Source: a bacterium
Lineage (GTDB): Bacteria > Synergistota > GBS-1
Reading direction: 5' to 3'
Assembly (NCBI GenBank): GCA_030153785.1
Contig: JASKLF010000001.1
Span: 216,896 to 280,895, forward strand
DNA: 64,000 nt
This document shows, in pieces, positions 46,461 through 55,605 of this stretch. Each line of letters opens with the position of its first letter. Position 1 is the stretch's first letter. A program made the translations under genes and the position numbers. The notes below the pieces were generated by a model. The model saw only the letters and a program-made list of their open reading frames with translations. It ran no database searches and was not told where the DNA came from.

Positions 46461-48285
46461 TACAAACTTATTAATTAAATCCATAAGCTTGACAGAAGCC
46501 TCCTTTAGAGAAAGCCCTATTTCCCCTACACTTTTAACAAGCCCAGCTTGCCTATCTAAAAGCTCTTTTACCTTTCCCACATCTTTAGTTATGTCAGCTA
46601 CAGCCTGTGATACCGTACTCATAGGCTCGCTCAACGACTTCAAAGAAGAGCTCTGTCCTTTCGCAATTTCAGCAAGCTCCTCTCCAAGACTAACAACCTC
46701 TTCCACATTACTAAGAATCTTAGACAATTTTTGAGTGGCGAAGGCCGATTGATCAAAAGCTCTCTTTACAACCCCCTCCAGTACATCAATAGCTACACCT
46801 ACTCTTTGGGTTTCGCGCTCTATACTTAGCAAAACGGGAGCCACGCTCGATGTTAAAGACTTGCTCCTTTCGGCAAGCTTCTTTATCTCCTCAGCTACTA
46901 CAGCAAAACCTTTTCCCTTATCTTCTGCCCGCGCTGCCTCAATAGCCGCATTCAAAGCCAAAAGGCTTGTCTGCTCAGCGATGGAGTTTATCATTTCTAT
47001 AACCTTTCCAACATCTTTAACCCTATCAAGTAGTTCCCTCCCCGCCCCCTTTGTGGCACCCGTTTCATCCCATATTTCACAAACCACATCATCAACTATA
47101 CACAAAGCCTCTTTACCCTCCTTAGCCGCCATCTTTATATCTCCCGTCTTCGAAGTTAGCTTTACCGAAAGATTATAAACATTCTCAGCATCTAAAACCA
47201 GTTCCTCAAGCATCGAGTTTACCTTTAAAAGGAAGTCCCTAACTTTCTGACCAAAATCATCCATGCTTTCCATTTTTCCAAAAACTATCCTGCTTTTGTC
47301 TTCCAAAACTTCAGACATGCTCAAAAGTTCGCTACTTTCCTATAGACTTAGCAAGCGCGCTTATGGGAGAAGTTACGGAGGAAGTCACAACAAACAAGCT
47401 AATCCCTACAAAGAAAAGGATCAAAGGGAAAATTCCATTAAGGGTTATCATCAGTTTAGTAATTGGAACGAATAGTTGATCCTTATAAATAGAAAGACCG
47501 AAAGACCAACCCTTTGCTACCTTTATAGGATGGAAAAAGAGATATACTTCCTCCTTAGATGACCAATACTTGCCAAAACCTTTCTCTCCTTTTATCATCT
47601 TAACACCTAAACTTTCCAATCCCCTAAAATTAAACCCCTTCGGATTTAAAATGTTCAATCTGAGTGACATGTCCTCTTGAGTATGAGCTATCACAAGACC
47701 TGTAGAATCAACTATCCATGCAAAACCCTTGCCCCCCATGCTTATACCTCTCACGTAATCGTTAAGTCTTTCGATTAACACGTTAGCTCCGAAAACCCCT
47801 ATGAGCTTTCCGCTTTCATCTTTAACAGGAACAGCAATAACACAAACAGGATTCCCCGTTAAGGCAGAAACTACCACATCACTTATAACCGCCTGTTCTC
47901 CATTTAAAACTATCCTCTTAAAATAATCGTGGTTAGATAAATCCCTCGATATGCCCATGCTCGTAAACGCCATTCCATCCGGATAGGCTATGAAGAAGGC
48001 TTCGTAAAAATCCCTTTTAAACATAAAGCTCCGCAAACTCCTCTCCTTTAAAGCGCTAACAACTTCTTCGCTTTCAGATAGAGCTTTTACCTCCTTAAGC
48101 AACCCCTCGAACCACTCGCTGACCTTTTCAGCAGACTTAGCTGTTATTTCGGAAGCAACGTTCTCAACAAATGAAACCATATTCTCTTCCATTCGATATT
48201 TGAGGAAAAAGGCTCCAACCCCTATTATCACCAAAGTCGGGAGTAAAACATAGGCCAAAAATTTATATCTAATAGAGCTCAACAT
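46455..48285 (-). pseudogene. Transmembrane dCache methyl-accepting chemotaxis protein split by an internal deletion and frameshift
   Basis: 48285-47332 encodes TM-dCache-TM and the HAMP start (PISALAKSI), then stops. 47324-46455 encodes the signalling domain ([19 protein letters not shown]) in another frame. Most of HAMP is missing. Confidence 0.8.
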
Positions 48286-49136
48286 GTTTTCCTCTCCCCT
48301 CTCCACCTATACCGCAAATAAATTCCTATCGCGCTTATCGAAAGCACTAAAAGGAGCAGAACCAGAGCTGAGCCAAAAGCTATAGGAACCTGTTTTTCCG
48401 GCTTCGTTCCCTCCGTCATGAGACCGTATATAAGATAGGGAAGGGCCATTACTTCATCGAATATGGAAGTAGGAAGCCTCCGAGTATAAAAGGTAACAGC
48501 AGTAAACATTATAGGAGCTGTCTCGCCAGCGGCTCTTCCAAGAGTTAAGATGACGCCAGTTAAAATGTTTGGCATCGCCACAGGAAGCAGGACAAAGCCT
48601 ATCGTTCTCCACTTACTCGCACCAAGGGCATAAGCTGCCTCCCTTAAATCAAACGAAACGGCCTTTATGGATTCCTCGGTAACCTTAACTATCACAGGAA
48701 GAATAAGCAAAGATAATGTTAAAACACCAGAAATGATAGAAATCCCAAAACCAAAAGCGTTAACGAAAAGTGAAAGTCCAAAAAGCCCGAAAACAACGGA
48801 GGGAACGCCTGCCAAAGCGTTAACACAGCTTATTACCAAATCGGTAAGCCAGTTCCTCTTAGCAAATTCGCTAAGATAGATTCCAGAAAAGAGACCTAAA
48901 GGGAAGGCAATGAGGATAGAACCGAAAGAGAGATAAAAGCTTCCCAATATGGCTGGAAATATCCCCCCTTCCGTCATGCCTCGCCTTGGATTATCAAACA
49001 AAAAGGATAAGGAAAGAACCTTTCCTCCCTTCACGCATAAAACCAAGAGGAGTGAAAAGAGAAAGAGAATAACGAGCAAAATTAAAAGCCGTAAAATAAT
49101 CAAAACAAACTTCTCCTCCCAAATTAACCGCTTCAT
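48279..49136 (-). CDS. pstA: Phosphate ABC transporter permease PstA
   Basis: GGIFPAILGS, LAGVPS.VFGLFG and GRAAGETAP motifs. Confidence 0.96.
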   Translation of the reverse strand: MKRLIWEEKFVLIILRLLILLVILFLFSLLLVLCVKGGKVLSLSFLFDNPRRGMTEGGIFPAILGSFYLSFGSILIAFPLGLFSGIYLSEFAKRNWLTDLVISCVNALAGVPSVVFGLFGLSLFVNAFGFGISIISGVLTLSLLILPVIVKVTEESIKAVSFDLREAAYALGASKWRTIGFVLLPVAMPNILTGVILTLGRAAGETAPIMFTAVTFYTRRLPTSIFDEVMALPYLIYGLMTEGTKPEKQVPIAFGSALVLLLLVLSISAIGIYLRYRWRGERKTC

Positions 49137-49993
49137 AGATAGGTCCTCCTCTTGCCAAATCTTTCGACAATGAAGTTTAATAATACGGTGATGAAAAACA
49201 AAATCATGCCTATCGCGAAGAGAGCATGATAGTGAAGACTCCCAAAAGGAGCCTCTCCCATCTCAGCCGCTATGGTGGCAGTCATCGTTCTAACAGGATC
49301 AAATATGGAAGAAGGTATCTGTGCAGCTCCTCCAGCTACCATCAGGACGGTCATCGTTTCCCCTATTGCCCTACCCATGCCAAGGAGTATACTTGAAAAT
49401 ACCCCTGACCACGCAGTGGGAATAACCACACACATAACCGTTCGCCATTTTGTTGCCCCCAAGGCATAAGAAGCTTCCAAGAGTTCACGAGGAACCATCG
49501 AAATTGCATCTTCAGCAACGCTTCCTACTAAAGGGACTATCATTATTCCGAGCACGATCGAAGCCGTAAAAGCGTTAAGCCCAACAGGTAGGGAAAATAG
49601 CTCCTTCACAGAGGGAGCAAGCACTACCATGCCGAAGAAGCCATAAACAACCGAAGGAATGGAAGCCAAAACCTCAAGAATGGGTTTAAGCGCATTTCTC
49701 AGCCTATGTGAGGAGAAGAAAGCCAAATATATGGCTGAAGCCAATCCAAGGGGAACACCTACCAAAAGGGCCCCTATGGTAACAACCGCGGTTCCAATAA
49801 CCAAGGGAAGCACACCGAACTCTGGAGGGCTATACGTGGGGCGCCAGCTTTTTCCAAGCAAAAACTTTAGAGGAGACACCTCTTTAAAGAGAGGTATCCC
49901 CTCTTTAACAAGCATCATCACTATCCCGAAAGTAGCAACTATCAATAAAAAGGCAGAGGCGTATATAAAGGCCTTTGCCACCCTTTCACCCAT
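49133..49993 (-). CDS. pstC: Phosphate ABC transporter permease PstC
   Basis: W.P....FG.LPL..GT, LA.IPSVVYG and GRAIGETM.V motifs. Confidence 0.96.
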   Translation of the reverse strand: MGERVAKAFIYASAFLLIVATFGIVMMLVKEGIPLFKEVSPLKFLLGKSWRPTYSPPEFGVLPLVIGTAVVTIGALLVGVPLGLASAIYLAFFSSHRLRNALKPILEVLASIPSVVYGFFGMVVLAPSVKELFSLPVGLNAFTASIVLGIMIVPLVGSVAEDAISMVPRELLEASYALGATKWRTVMCVVIPTAWSGVFSSILLGMGRAIGETMTVLMVAGGAAQIPSSIFDPVRTMTATIAAEMGEAPFGSLHYHALFAIGMILFFITVLLNFIVERFGKRRTYL

Positions 49994-50000
49994 AAGCCAT

Positions 50001-50816
50001 CTACCTTACAGGGATGAATCCCTGTTCTTCAACTATTTTCTGCCCTTCAGGAGATAAAACAAAATCTATAAACTCTTTGACTAAACCCTTAGGCTCCCCA
50101 TTTGTATACATAAAAAGAGGCCTTGCAAGCTTATAGCTACCATCAACGACGGTTTCCTTAGAAGGTGCTATCCCGTCGATTTTCAGAGCCTTAACTTTTT
50201 GTGAAAGGTAACCCAAACCTATGTAACCAATAGCTCCCTCGGTTTGGACAACCGTGGTAGCTACAGCCTGATTAGAAGCCAAAAGCAAAGCATCTCCTCT
50301 AAGCTTTTCACCTTTCAAGACAAGCTCGTGAAACGTTTCATAAGTTCCAGAGGCACTATCCCTTGAAACGACGACTATTTTCATATCCCTACCTCCTACC
50401 TCTTTCCAATTATTGATCTTCCCCGTATAAATAGCCTTTAACTGCTCCAAAGTAAGCCCATTTATGGGATTAGAAGGATGAACCACAACAGCAATTCCAT
50501 CTTTAGCTATAACGTGAGCAACAGGGTTAACTCCCTTTTCTTTAGCCTTTCTTATTTCCCCCACCTTCATAGGCCTTGAAGCATTAGCTATGTCACAGGT
50601 TCCATCGATAAGCGCAGCTATACCAACGCCAGAACCTCCTCCCTTAACAGAAACGTTAACGTTGGGATTAAGGTCCATGAATTCCTCAGCACAGGCTTGG
50701 GCTATAGGAAGAACAGTTGTGGACCCTACCATACTAATATCCTTTGCCTGTGCCAACACGGCAGAGGCAATACTTAAGATTAGCAAGGGCACTAAAATCA
50801 TCTTGGAAAATCTCAT
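50001..50816 (-). CDS. pstS: Phosphate-binding protein PstS
   Basis: GSTTV.P, GGSGVGI, SRD..SGT and Y.LARPLF motifs. Confidence 0.96.
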   Translation of the reverse strand: MRFSKMILVPLLILSIASAVLAQAKDISMVGSTTVLPIAQACAEEFMDLNPNVNVSVKGGGSGVGIAALIDGTCDIANASRPMKVGEIRKAKEKGVNPVAHVIAKDGIAVVVHPSNPINGLTLEQLKAIYTGKINNWKEVGGRDMKIVVVSRDSASGTYETFHELVLKGEKLRGDALLLASNQAVATTVVQTEGAIGYIGLGYLSQKVKALKIDGIAPSKETVVDGSYKLARPLFMYTNGEPKGLVKEFIDFVLSPEGQKIVEEQGFIPVR

Positions 50817-50857
50817 AAAAGGATCCCCCCTTTATGAATTTTTTACTGACATGTTTC

Positions 50858-50913
50858 ATTCTAAGGGGGGATCGTTAAAGGGAAATAAAAGGTTGATAAA
50901 GAAATCTTTAAAG
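50858..50913 (-). promoter_or_regulatory. Candidate Pho-regulated promoter of pstS
   Basis: -10 TAGAAT (50863-50858) preceded by four TTTA repeats spaced 10-12 bp apart; no clear -35. Confidence 0.45.
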
Positions 50914-50925
50914 AAGGAGAAAAAC

Positions 50926-50964
50926 AAAAAGGGGCAACCCTGGCTAACCAGGGTTGCCCCTTTT
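50926..50964. terminator. Bidirectional intrinsic terminator after dctP
   Basis: AAAAA-GGGGCAACCCTGG-ctaa-CCAGGGTTGCCCC-TTTT. Confidence 0.9.
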
Positions 50965-50981
50965 GGGCTTACCGTTAGGCT

Positions 50982-52022
50982 TTACTGCTGACGAGGTATG
51001 CCGGACTCTTTGTAAATGAGATCCATAAGGGCCTTGCCACAAAGCTCCTCCATCTTGGGCCATACTACCTTTCTTACATGCTGAGCTATCTTATTAAGCT
51101 GTTCCTCTGTAAACGTAACGATCGTCCAGCCATACTCCTTTTGAAGCTTCTGACGATATTCCTCGTCAACCTGTTTTGCCCTTTCCCATTGGATCTTAGC
51201 CTCTTCTCTTGCCGCCTCCATCAGAACCTTCTGATCTTCAGGGGAGAGCTTATCCCATATACCCTTGTTTATAACAAACCACCAGGTTTCACAATAGTCA
51301 TTATATTGAATCCACACCTTCTGAACATCGCGGAACTGCCAACCCTGATACGGTGGCCCACCCATCTGCCCATCAGCTACACCCATCTGAAGAGCGGTAT
51401 AAACCTCGGCGTAAGGAATAGGAGTTGCAATGTAACCTAACGCCTCATAGGTCCATTCACAAGGCTTGATCGGCATAACGCGAACCTTCATTCCCTTTTT
51501 AACGGTGGGATCCTCAGGGCTTGGCGGCATCTCTCTCAAGGAAACACCGCTCATACCAATAGGAACAACATCCAAAGCCTTTATATTGTGCTTTTCCCAA
51601 AGTTTTTGTATAACCTTGTAGGCCCATCCAGTCGGACTGTAAACCTTAACGGCATCTTCAAAGGTCGTAAATATGTAAGGGAAGTAGTAAGCCAAGTTAA
51701 GCTCAGGATCAAAATTGGCGTTAGCCTGCTGTAAGGCCACCTCAATGGTTCCACGCATTACCATCTCAAAGATCTGGGTCCAGTCCCCCAACACTCCACC
51801 TGAATAAACATCGATCTTAATCCTTCCATTGGTTCTTTCGAAGACCTTTCTCGCAAATTCTTTGGCACGAATGTCATAGTCACTATCTACAGGGTGAATC
51901 TGTGACATACGCCAATGATATTGCGGCTGCTGCTGTTGAGCTAAAACGGGTAGAGCTATCAAAGCCATACATAAGACCGCTAAAAGAAATAGAACCCCTC
52001 CCTTTAGAACCTTCTTACCCAC
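50982..52022 (-). CDS. dctP: TRAP substrate-binding protein DctP
   Basis: Signal peptide; TNGRIKIDVY..G.LG, MKVRVM and YAEVYTALQ.GV.DG motifs. Confidence 0.93.
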   Translation of the reverse strand: MGKKVLKGGVLFLLAVLCMALIALPVLAQQQQPQYHWRMSQIHPVDSDYDIRAKEFARKVFERTNGRIKIDVYSGGVLGDWTQIFEMVMRGTIEVALQQANANFDPELNLAYYFPYIFTTFEDAVKVYSPTGWAYKVIQKLWEKHNIKALDVVPIGMSGVSLREMPPSPEDPTVKKGMKVRVMPIKPCEWTYEALGYIATPIPYAEVYTALQMGVADGQMGGPPYQGWQFRDVQKVWIQYNDYCETWWFVINKGIWDKLSPEDQKVLMEAAREEAKIQWERAKQVDEEYRQKLQKEYGWTIVTFTEEQLNKIAQHVRKVVWPKMEELCGKALMDLIYKESGIPRQQ

Positions 52023-52062
52023 TTTAAACCACCTCCCACTATGGTATTCGTATCTATGATAG

Positions 52063-52092
52063 ATTTTAACACATCTAAATAAAATGAGGCAA
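52063..52092 (-). promoter_or_regulatory. Sigma70 promoter of dctP
   Basis: TTGCCT-N18-TAAAAT with a TG extension. Confidence 0.6.
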
Positions 52093-52210
52093 GCAAAAAT
52101 ACGCCAGATTTAGGTAAAACACTTGTAAAAGTGATATCTCAGATTTAGAACCGAACGCAAATCTATATCTTTATATAGCACAATTTCATTCTTTTTATGA
52201 AACTCAAGGC

Positions 52211-52239
52211 TTGAAAAAATCCAATCTCTGAGCTATCAT
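52211..52239 (+). promoter_or_regulatory. Sigma70 promoter of the gdhA pseudogene
   Basis: TTGAAA-N17-TATCAT. Confidence 0.55.
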
Positions 52240-52310
52240 GAATTGCAACCTAAAGATGTCATTAAAACAGTGTAAAAATCACAAACTTGCTATCTTAAGG
52301 AGGGGGGATA

Positions 52311-53595
52311 ATGAAGCTCAGCACTATGGGGGACCTTAAGCCTTTTGGCCCCATTTACGAAAACGCTCAAAAGCAATTTCTAAAAGCAACCGATATCATG
52401 GACCTTGACCCAAATCTTGGAAACTTTTTGCTTTAGCCACAAAGAGTATTAGAAGTGCACTTTCCAGTAGTAATGGACGACGGAAGGGTAGAGATATTTA
52501 AGGGGTATGGGGTTCAACACAACACCGCAAGAGGACCGGCGAAAGGAGGAATTAGATATCATCCAGATACACACCTTGACGAGGTTGCAGCCTTAGCCTT
52601 CTGGATGACATGGAAATGTGCAGTTATGAACCTACCCTATGGTGGGGGCAAGGGAGGAGTAAGGGTTGATCCTTCAAAACTTTCGGAGCGGGAACTTGAA
52701 AGATTAAGCAGACGATATTTCTCGGAGATTCAGATCATAATCGGTCCACATAAAGATATTCCAGCCCCCGATGTAAATACGAATCCAAAAATAATGGCAT
52801 GGTATATGGATACGTACAGCATGAACGTGGGCTACACAAGCTTAGGAGTCGTCACGGGGAAACCTCTCGACCTCGGAGGGTCGGAAGGTAGACCAGAGGC
52901 AACTGGGCGCGGGATATCCATAATAGCAAACGAGGCCTGCAAAAAGTTAGGTAAGGAGATCTCAAAAGCGAGAGTAGCAGTTCAAGGATTTGGCAACGTG
53001 GGTTCCCATTCAGCAAAGATACTAAGCGAAGAATATAAAGCAAAGGTGGTAGCAGTAAGCGATATAAGCGGTGGGATTTACGATGAGAAAGGAATTGACA
53101 TAAACGATCTGATAGCATACAGAGACAGTAATAAAGGACTAATAAAAGGACATCCAAAGGGAGAACCCATATCAAACAAAGAGCTATTAGAACTTGATGT
53201 GGACAATACTCATACCTGCAGCTTTGGAAAATGCAATTACTGAGAAAAACGCCAATGACATAAAAGCCAAAATAATAATAGAGGGAGCAAACGGCCCTAT
53301 AACACAGGAGGCAGAAGAAATACTTTTAAGAAATGGAATTTTTATCGTTCCCGATATCCTCGCAAACGCTGGAGGAGTTGTAGTATCCTATTTTGAGTGG
53401 GTGCAAGATCTACAGACATTTTTCTGGGATATTGAGGATATAAGAAAGAGACTAACCAAAATGATGCTAAGTGCCTTCGTGGAAGTTGGTAAAGCAAAAG
53501 AAAAATACGATACCGACATGAGAACAGCCGCATACATAGTTGCGATTGAAAGAGTGGCAAATGCCCTTAAACAAAGGGGCTACTACCCAATGTAA
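52311..53595 (+). pseudogene. gdhA: Glutamate dehydrogenase pseudogene
   Basis: [36 protein letters not shown] and PDILANAGGV.VSYFEW motifs; in-frame TAG at 52434 and a +1 frameshift at about 53205. Confidence 0.93.
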
Positions 53596-53603
53596 AGAAC
53601 CTT

Positions 53604-53637
53604 AAAAAGCCCCTGGGTTTAGTGTCCCAGGGGCTTT
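53604..53637. terminator. Bidirectional terminator between gdhA and dctM
   Basis: AAAAAGCCCCTGGG-8nt-CCCAGGGGCTTT. Confidence 0.85.
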
Positions 53638-53639
53638 CT

Positions 53640-54944
53640 CTATTTAATCCCCAAAACTACTCTTGGAAGCCACATTGAAAGCTCAGGCACATAGGTAGTC
53701 AAAGCTATTATGGGAAGATTTCCAAATATCATGAATATTAGAGCTGGCTTCACATATTGATCGAAGGAAACCTTACCAACCCTTCCCCCAAGATAAAGGA
53801 TGGGAGCGGTAGGGGGAGTAACATTACCCAAGCCGAGATTGGTTCCCAGGATAGCCGCAAAGTGCACGGGATGAACCCCTATACGAACAGCTAAGGGAAG
53901 AAGAAGAGGAGCAACGAGCAAGGTTCCACTCAGGTCATCCATTAACATACCGATTATTATCAGGAAAACGTTAATCATAAATAGAATTACATACTTATTG
54001 TCAGATATGGAGATAAGAAAATCAGCAATCCTCATAGGAACCCTTTCCATGGTGTATATCCTGCCAAGGATTGTAACAAAGAAAAGCATCAAAACCACAA
54101 CACTGCTTGTGGTAGCAGCCGTATAAAGAGACCTAAAGAAGGTTTTAAAGGTGAGCTCTTTATGAACGAAAAATCCCACTATTATCGCATAAGTAACGGC
54201 AACCGCAGCAGCCTCCGTAGGCGTCGTAACACCACCATAAATGCCACCCAAGATTATGACAGGCATAAGAAGACTCCATATACTTCGTCTTGTGGCACGA
54301 CCTATTATTCTTATTTTTTCGAAACCTGGAGCAGGAGGCTCAACCTCCACAGAAGGGAAGTATCTCTTAACCATTATGTAGTTAATTATTGAATATAAAG
54401 TTGCAGTTAGCACACCTGGAACAACCGTGGAGAGGAAGCACGCGGTGATAGAAGTTTGTGTAACCCAACCGTAAAGTATCATGGGAACGCTCGGAGGTAT
54501 TAGCTGGCCCAAAATCGCAGCACAACTGACCATAGCAGTGGTATAGTACCTGGGATAACCTCTTTCTTCAAGTTTGGGAATCATAATAGTTCCTATAGCA
54601 GCAACGGCAGAGGAAGCTGTTCCAGAAATTGCTCCAAATATGGCACACGCCCAAATGGTGGCAGCGCCCAAGCCTCCTCTCATTCTACCCAAGAGAGCTT
54701 CAGCAAAAATAACAAGCCTTTCAGCTATTCCGCTTGATCCCATAAGCATACCAGCCATTATAAAAAAGGGAATAGACAAAAGAGTAATGGAGTTGAGAGC
54801 CTTAAACCCAACGCTCGCTAAGAAAGATAGGTCAGGAAAAGATACCATCGCCATATATAATGCCGCCGCCATAAAAGCAAAGGGGACCGGAACCCCAATA
54901 GACAAGCTCGTTATAAGAATAAGGATGTCAATAATAATATGCAT
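53640..54944 (-). CDS. dctM: TRAP large permease DctM
   Basis: SIPFFIMAG, FGAISG, LIPPS.PMI.YG, TPTEAAA and TPP motifs. Confidence 0.95.
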   Translation of the reverse strand: MHIIIDILILITSLSIGVPVPFAFMAAALYMAMVSFPDLSFLASVGFKALNSITLLSIPFFIMAGMLMGSSGIAERLVIFAEALLGRMRGGLGAATIWACAIFGAISGTASSAVAAIGTIMIPKLEERGYPRYYTTAMVSCAAILGQLIPPSVPMILYGWVTQTSITACFLSTVVPGVLTATLYSIINYIMVKRYFPSVEVEPPAPGFEKIRIIGRATRRSIWSLLMPVIILGGIYGGVTTPTEAAAVAVTYAIIVGFFVHKELTFKTFFRSLYTAATTSSVVVLMLFFVTILGRIYTMERVPMRIADFLISISDNKYVILFMINVFLIIIGMLMDDLSGTLLVAPLLLPLAVRIGVHPVHFAAILGTNLGLGNVTPPTAPILYLGGRVGKVSFDQYVKPALIFMIFGNLPIIALTTYVPELSMWLPRVVLGIK

Positions 54945-54960
54945 AAGACCAACCTCCCCT

Positions 54961-55500
54961 TTAGCTTTGTTCGGTCTCTAAAGAAACATCCTTTTCTCTT
55001 TTAACCGTTATCTCCTTTTTGCCTAAAAGCTGAAGAGTGTAGTCCACCATCTCAACGAAAGTATAAAAGGCCATTAAAAACGCAGATATTAACATTGCAA
55101 CTTGAGCGTAAATCAGCGGAATTCTCAAAGAGGGCGTATATTCCGGAATCTTCAAAGCCCAAGTTACATACCCCCATGCCCAATCAAGGAAAACTATGGT
55201 CATAATGAAAGTGAAAATGGTTATACCGAGCTTGATCTTCAAAAAGCCTCTTGGACTTTTAACGATGGCATTCAAAACATCAGCCATTATGTGGCTTCTC
55301 TCCCGAGAAGCGTGCGCAGCACCCATGAAGTAAAGCCAACATCCAACGAGGGTTGCAAGCTCCTCAATTCCCATTAAAGGACGAGCAAAAACATATCTTA
55401 ATATAACCTCCGCCATAACAAGGAAGGTGACGGTTAAGGAAACCACCACCAAAACAGTTTGCTCCGCCCTCTCAAGGAATTTCCAAATAAATAGACCCAT
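54961..55500 (-). CDS. dctQ: TRAP small permease DctQ
   Basis: V.LRYVF.....IEEL...W.YF.GA...SHI..D; TPSLRIP. Confidence 0.92.
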   Translation of the reverse strand: MGLFIWKFLERAEQTVLVVVSLTVTFLVMAEVILRYVFARPLMGIEELATLVGCWLYFMGAAHASRERSHIMADVLNAIVKSPRGFLKIKLGITIFTFIMTIVFLDWAWGYVTWALKIPEYTPSLRIPLIYAQVAMLISAFLMAFYTFVEMVDYTLQLLGKKEITVKREKDVSLETEQS

Positions 55501-55564
55501 CCCTCCTACCTCCCATCTCTCTTATAGCATAAAGGAAGCATATGTGTAACCAAATCTAAAAGCC

Positions 55565-55573
55565 ATTATACCA
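55565..55573 (-). promoter_or_regulatory. Extended -10 promoter element for dctQM
   Basis: TGGTATAAT on the minus strand. Confidence 0.55.
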
Positions 55574-55605
55574 AAAAACAATAGAGGAGACAAAGTTTTC
55601 GAAAG

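Noticed and set aside
52277-52291. Sigma54-like element AATCACAAACTTGCT upstream of gdhA
   Set aside because: It lacks the invariant -24 GG, and a sigma70 promoter is present
52434-52436. In-frame TAG in gdhA as pyrrolysine or readthrough
   Set aside because: The position is best explained as TGG>TAG, the gene also has a frameshift, and no pyl genes are in the window
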